This document shows, one piece after another, positions 56,525 through 60,452 of a DNA stretch of 60,452 nucleotides. Both the position numbers and the translations under genes were made by a program. This DNA comes from an uncultured Rickettsiales bacterium (GTDB lineage: Bacteria > Pseudomonadota > Alphaproteobacteria > WRAU01 > CAYYLE01), in contig CAYYLE010000002.1 in the NCBI GenBank assembly GCA_964472375.1, positions 1 to 60,452 on the forward strand, in the 5' to 3' direction. The first letter of the stretch is position 1. Each line of letters opens with the position of its first letter. The notes below the pieces were generated by a model that was not told the origin of the DNA, did no database searches, and saw only the letters and a list, made by a program, of their open reading frames with translations.

Positions 56525-58420
56525 TTATTTTTTAACTTCTTCATAGTCCCCATCAACAACATCTTCATCTGGCTTAAAGTCAGATCCTTCAGAAGAACCA
56601 GCTTGAGCACCACCTTGTGAAGCATTTGCTTGAGCGTTTTGATAAAGCTCTTGGCTTAAAGCCATAATTTCTTGAGTTTTTGTATTAATTAACTCAATAT
56701 CTTCTTTGGCTCTTGCTTCTTTTAGCTCATCTAAAAGATTTTTGTATCTTTCTTTTAACTCAGCAGGAATGTTTTCGCCCATATCTTTAAGGGTTTGCTC
56801 TGTTGTATGAACAAGGCTATCTGCTTGGTTTAAAGTTTCAACTTTTTCTTTTAACTCTTTATCTTTTTCGGCATTTTCTTCTGCATCTTTTACCATTCTT
56901 TCAATATCTTCTTCTGAAAGACCACTGCTTGATTGGATTTTAATCTGTTGCTCTTTACCTGTTCCTTGGTCTTTTGCAGATACATGCACAATACCATTTG
57001 CATCAATATCAAAAGTAACTTCAATTTGAGGAACACCTCTAGGTGCAGCAGGTATACCTACTAAGTCAAATTGACCAAGTATTTTGTTGTGTGCAGCTAT
57101 TTCTCTTTCCCCTTGGAATACTTTAATAGTAACAGATGGCTGGTTGTCTACTGCTGTTGAAAACACTTGACTTTTTTTGGTAGGAATTGTTGTGTTTCTT
57201 TCAATTAATTTTGTAAACACACCACCTAGTGTTTCAATGCCTAGTGAAAGTGGAGTAACATCAAGTAATAATACATCTTTAACATCACCTTGTAGTATAC
57301 CACCTTGGATAGCAGCACCAATTGATACAACTTCATCAGGGTTTACGCCTTTATGAGGCTCTTTGCCAAAGAATTCTTTAACAACTTCATTTACTTTAGG
57401 CATACGGGTCATACCACCTACTAAAACAACCTCAGTAATTTCAGAAGCTATTAAGCCAGCATCTTTTAAAGCTTGCTCACATGGTTTAATTGTTCTTTGG
57501 ATTAAATCCTCTACTAAGCTTTCAAGTTGAGACCTTGTAAGTTTAATGTTTAAGTGCTTAGGACCACTTGCATCTGCTGTTATGAAAGGCAGGTTGATAT
57601 CTGTTGAGATTGAGCTTGAAAGTTCAATTTTAGCTTTTTCAGCAGCTTCTTTTAATCTTTGTAAAGCCATCATATCAGAGCTTAGGTCAACACCGCTTTC
57701 TTTTTTAAACTCTTCTACTAGATGTTCAATGATTTTTTTATCAAAGTCTTCACCGCCTAAAGATGTATCACCATTTGTAGATTTAACTTGGAATAAACCA
57801 TCACCAATTTCAAGTATTGAAACATCAAAAGTACCACCACCAAGGTCGTAAACTGCTACAACACCGCTTTTATTTTTATCTAAACCATATGCTAATGCAG
57901 CTGCTGTTGGTTCATTTATTATTCTTAAAACCTCAATACCTGCAACTTTACCAGCATCTTTTGTTGCTTGTCTTTGTGCATCATCAAAATAAGCAGGAAC
58001 AGTAATAACAGCTTTATCAACAGTTGTTCCTGCCCAAGCTTCTGCTGTTTCTTTCATTTTTGTTAAAATTTTTGCACTAATTTCTTCAGGGCTGTATTTT
58101 TTACCATCAACTTCAACCCAAGCATCGCCTTTACCGCTGTCTACAATTTTGTAAGGTAATGATTCTGCAAGTTTTTTTGTTGAAGGGTCACTATATTTAC
58201 GACCAATTAATCTTTTAACAGCAAAAAGAGTGCGACCAGTGTTTGAAACTGCTTGTCTTTTAGCTGATTGACCAACTAAAGTCTCACCTTCTAATAAAGC
58301 AACCATAGAAGGTGTTGTTCTGTTACCTTCGCTATTTTCAATAACTTTTGCTTCTTTACCATCCATTACAGAAACACAAGAGTTTGTAGTTCCTAAATCG
58401 ATTCCCATTACTTTTGACAT
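56525..58420 (-). CDS. dnaK: Molecular chaperone DnaK (Hsp70)
   Basis: The 631-aa protein has the Hsp70 signatures [17 protein letters not shown] and [10 protein letters not shown]. Confidence 0.98.
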   Translation of the reverse strand: MSKVMGIDLGTTNSCVSVMDGKEAKVIENSEGNRTTPSMVALLEGETLVGQSAKRQAVSNTGRTLFAVKRLIGRKYSDPSTKKLAESLPYKIVDSGKGDAWVEVDGKKYSPEEISAKILTKMKETAEAWAGTTVDKAVITVPAYFDDAQRQATKDAGKVAGIEVLRIINEPTAAALAYGLDKNKSGVVAVYDLGGGTFDVSILEIGDGLFQVKSTNGDTSLGGEDFDKKIIEHLVEEFKKESGVDLSSDMMALQRLKEAAEKAKIELSSSISTDINLPFITADASGPKHLNIKLTRSQLESLVEDLIQRTIKPCEQALKDAGLIASEITEVVLVGGMTRMPKVNEVVKEFFGKEPHKGVNPDEVVSIGAAIQGGILQGDVKDVLLLDVTPLSLGIETLGGVFTKLIERNTTIPTKKSQVFSTAVDNQPSVTIKVFQGEREIAAHNKILGQFDLVGIPAAPRGVPQIEVTFDIDANGIVHVSAKDQGTGKEQQIKIQSSSGLSEEDIERMVKDAEENAEKDKELKEKVETLNQADSLVHTTEQTLKDMGENIPAELKERYKNLLDELKEARAKEDIELINTKTQEIMALSQELYQNAQANASQGGAQAGSSEGSDFKPDEDVVDGDYEEVKK

Positions 58421-58500
58421 TTTAAAATCTCCAATTTTTCAATTTTTATATTTTGTTTTTTTATTTACTAAATTTACTTTTTGTTCTTAATCTATTTTTT

Positions 58501-58528
58501 AAATAGGTGTATTTATTTTTTTTGCAAA
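58501..58528 (-). promoter_or_regulatory. Candidate heat-shock (RpoH-type) promoter of dnaK-dnaJ: TTTG-N17-CCTATTT
   Basis: On the minus strand the sequence reads TTTG (58528-58525), then exactly 17 nt, then CCTATTT (58507-58501). The motif lies about 80 nt upstream of the dnaK ATG and immediately after the grpE stop. The -10 element fits the reported alphaproteobacterial sigma-32 pattern CYTATNT. Confidence 0.4.
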
Positions 58529-58530
58529 TT

Positions 58531-59055
58531 TTATTTTCTTGCAACTACAACTTTTGCAGCTCTTAATAGGCGGTCTTTTATCACATAGCCTACTTCAAAA
58601 ACTTCTGCAATCGTCATATCTTCTTTTTCAGGGTCTTTTATTTCACAAAGTATTTCATGAAAATTAGCATCAAACTTTTCGCCAAGAGGGTTTATTTCTT
58701 TAATATCAAACTTTTCAAAAGATTGTAATAATTGAGACCTTGTAAGTTTTATGCCTTCAACAAAAGGGTTTAACTCTTCGTTAATTTCTTTTTCTTTTAG
58801 GCTTTGTATTGCCTTGCTTAATATATCTTGTATAGAAAGCATTTCTTTGGCAAATTTTGCAATGGAGTACAGGCTTGCATCTTGCTTTGCTTTTTCAGCT
58901 CTTTTTTTAATATTTTCATTTTCTGCAAGCAGCCTTACATATTTATCTTTCCAATCAATTTCTTCTTTCATTTCTTCTTGATTGGTTTCATTTTGTTGTA
59001 TGTTTTCTTGCTCTTCTATATTTTCTTCTAAGTTTTCGTTTGTTTTTTCACTCAT
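58531..59055 (-). CDS. grpE: Nucleotide exchange factor GrpE
   Basis: The 174-aa protein has an acidic N-terminus, a coiled-coil (YVRLLAENENIKKR) and a C-terminal beta domain (GEKFDANFHE, GYVIKDRLLRAAKV). Confidence 0.9.
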   Translation of the reverse strand: MSEKTNENLEENIEEQENIQQNETNQEEMKEEIDWKDKYVRLLAENENIKKRAEKAKQDASLYSIAKFAKEMLSIQDILSKAIQSLKEKEINEELNPFVEGIKLTRSQLLQSFEKFDIKEINPLGEKFDANFHEILCEIKDPEKEDMTIAEVFEVGYVIKDRLLRAAKVVVARK

Positions 59056-59112
59056 CTTTAAAAAGCCTTTTTGTTTATTTTTGTTAAAAAATTATTTTGC
59101 CTACAAAATAAC

Positions 59113-59140
59113 ATATAGTTTAAAATAACAAAACAGCAAG
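59113..59140 (-). promoter_or_regulatory. Candidate promoter of grpE (CTTG-N17-ACTATAT)
   Basis: On the minus strand the sequence reads CTTG (59140-59137), then 17 nt, then ACTATAT (59119-59113). The -10 element ends 58 nt upstream of the grpE ATG. The heptamer and spacing are identical to the hslVU upstream motif. Confidence 0.35.
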
Positions 59141-59172
59141 TTACTAATGTAAAAAAAGAGAAAATAAAAACT

Positions 59173-59898
59173 ATGAGTAGACCATCTTCAAGAAAATTTG
59201 ACCAAATAAGACCTATTGAAATTATTCCAAATTATTTAAAGCATGCAGAAGGCTCTTGTTTGTTTAAAAGTGGTGCAACAGAGGTTATATGCTCTGCATC
59301 GGTTGATTTTAATGTACCTAGGTGGTTAAAAGGCAAAGGTAAAGGCTGGGTTACAGCCGAATACGGAATGCTACCAAGAGCAACAGGTGATAGAGTAAAC
59401 AGAGAAGCTGCAATGGGTAAGCAATCAGGCAGAACGCAAGAAATTCAAAGGCTTATAGGTAGGTCTTTAAGGGCAATTGTAGATTTACAAAAACTTACAG
59501 AGCTACAAATAAAAATTGATTGTGATGTTATAAATGCAGACGGCGGCACTAGAGTTGCTGCTATAAATGGTGCTTATGTTGCTTTATTTATGGCAATATC
59601 TAATCTTATGAAAAGAAAAATAATAAAAGAAATGCCAATAAGAAGCGAAGTTGCTGCAATATCTTGCGGTATTTACAACGGGCAGGCAATTGTAGATTTA
59701 GACTATAAAGAAGATAGCAACATAGAAGCAGATGTTAACTTTGTTTTAGATTCATCTTTAAGAGTTATTGAAATACAAGGAACAGCAGAGCATGAGCCTT
59801 TTGAGTTTGAGTTTTTTAACCAAATGACAGAACTTGCAAAAAATGCAGTTACTGAAATCATAAAAGCACAAAGAAAAACATTGATGAATATTAATTAG
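59173..59898 (+). CDS. rph: Ribonuclease PH
   Basis: The 241-aa protein shows EGSCLFKSGATEVICSA, GWVTAEYGMLPRAT, GRTQEIQRLIGRSLR and CDVINADGGTR. Confidence 0.95.
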   Translation: MSRPSSRKFDQIRPIEIIPNYLKHAEGSCLFKSGATEVICSASVDFNVPRWLKGKGKGWVTAEYGMLPRATGDRVNREAAMGKQSGRTQEIQRLIGRSLRAIVDLQKLTELQIKIDCDVINADGGTRVAAINGAYVALFMAISNLMKRKIIKEMPIRSEVAAISCGIYNGQAIVDLDYKEDSNIEADVNFVLDSSLRVIEIQGTAEHEPFEFEFFNQMTELAKNAVTEIIKAQRKTLMNIN

Positions 59899-60452
59899 GT
59901 GAATATAAACTCAACTATTGAGTTTATGTAAAACATACCCTTTTTGGTGCAGGTTAAATTATTGTTTTTTAGGGTTAGAAAACCATTTTCAACTAATTCT
60001 TTGGTTTTCTCTCCTTGTTTTTTACTAAGTTTTCGTATTATTTTTGGTGGTATTCCATCGTTAAGCCTTATATAGCTTAAAAATATCTCTTCAAAACGAG
60101 ATGTATCATCAATTTTATTGAAAATCTCAAAGCTACTTTTTTCTGTTAAAACAGCATTTAAGTATTTGTTAGGGTTTTTTATTGCTCTACTTTCAAACCA
60201 AGTGCCTTTTTTTATCACCCTACCGCAAGCACCTGCACCTATTCCTATGTATGGTGTGCCATTCCAATAGCTAAGGTTGTGTTTGCACTCATATCCTTTT
60301 TTTGCATAGTTTGATACCTCATATTGCAACAAGCCTTGAGTTTTTAAAAAATCTTTTATAGTGCTATGCATTGCAATAGAAAGTGTATCTATGGCTTCTT
60401 TAATGTTTTTGTTATAAAAAACAGTGTTTTTTTCAATGGTTAGTTGGTATGC
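59895..60452 (-). CDS. hemW: Radical-SAM heme chaperone HemW / oxygen-independent coproporphyrinogen oxidase-like protein, C-terminal part (5' end lies outside the window)
   Basis: The track ORF starts at an internal Met (60371), but the frame stays open to the window end (..AYQLTIEKNTVFYNKNIKEAIDTLSIAMHST..). The HemN C-terminal motifs YEVSNYAKKGYECKHNLSYW are present. Confidence 0.85.
   Translation of the reverse strand, partial: AYQLTIEKNTVFYNKNIKEAIDTLSIAMHSTIKDFLKTQGLLQYEVSNYAKKGYECKHNLSYWNGTPYIGIGAGACGRVIKKGTWFESRAIKNPNKYLNAVLTEKSSFEIFNKIDDTSRFEEIFLSYIRLNDGIPPKIIRKLSKKQGEKTKELVENGFLTLKNNNLTCTKKGMFYINSIVEFIFT

Overview
This window is a visibly AT-rich, very gene-dense chromosomal segment with about 60 intact CDS, many of them abutting or overlapping. 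It most likely comes from an alphaproteobacterium with a compact genome, in the style of Rickettsiales or Holosporales. The alphaproteobacterial hallmarks are mfd-sdhE next to a divergent recG, maf-aroE-coaE-dnaQ followed by secB, a Tim44-like gene and mltA, DUF3576-leuS-lptE-holA, an alpha-type AddB, and an alpha-type L36. The genetic code is standard, since TGA is used as a stop. Gene content is almost entirely core housekeeping: riboflavin synthesis (ribD-ribE-ribBA), translation factors (ychF, pth, rplY, rpmJ), repair and replication (mfd, recG, dnaQ, holA, polA, addB, nth, recX), tRNA modification (queA, tgt, mnmE, mnmG, tsaE), rho, hslVU, dnaK-dnaJ, grpE, gidB-parA-parB, leuS and rph. 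I found no rRNA or tRNA genes, CRISPR arrays, IS elements, prophage or recognisable defence island, and I do not see a convincing novel multi-gene system. Six signals seem most worth following up. (1) The rho-maf intergenic region is the largest non-coding gap. It carries four near-consensus DnaA boxes and an almost pure A/T tract in origin-type synteny, so it is a candidate oriC. (2) Two perfect 16-bp parS palindromes sit about 9.5 kb from that region, directly upstream of rsmG-parA-parB. (3) A DivL-like pseudo-histidine kinase lacks the phospho-acceptor His and the ATP-binding boxes. (4) An orphan beta-class DNA methyltransferase has an atypical DPQY motif. (5) An AddB gene has no adjacent AddA. 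(6) The hslVU, dnaK and grpE operons share a common promoter motif. All functional calls rest on motif recognition and synteny by eye; no database searches were run.
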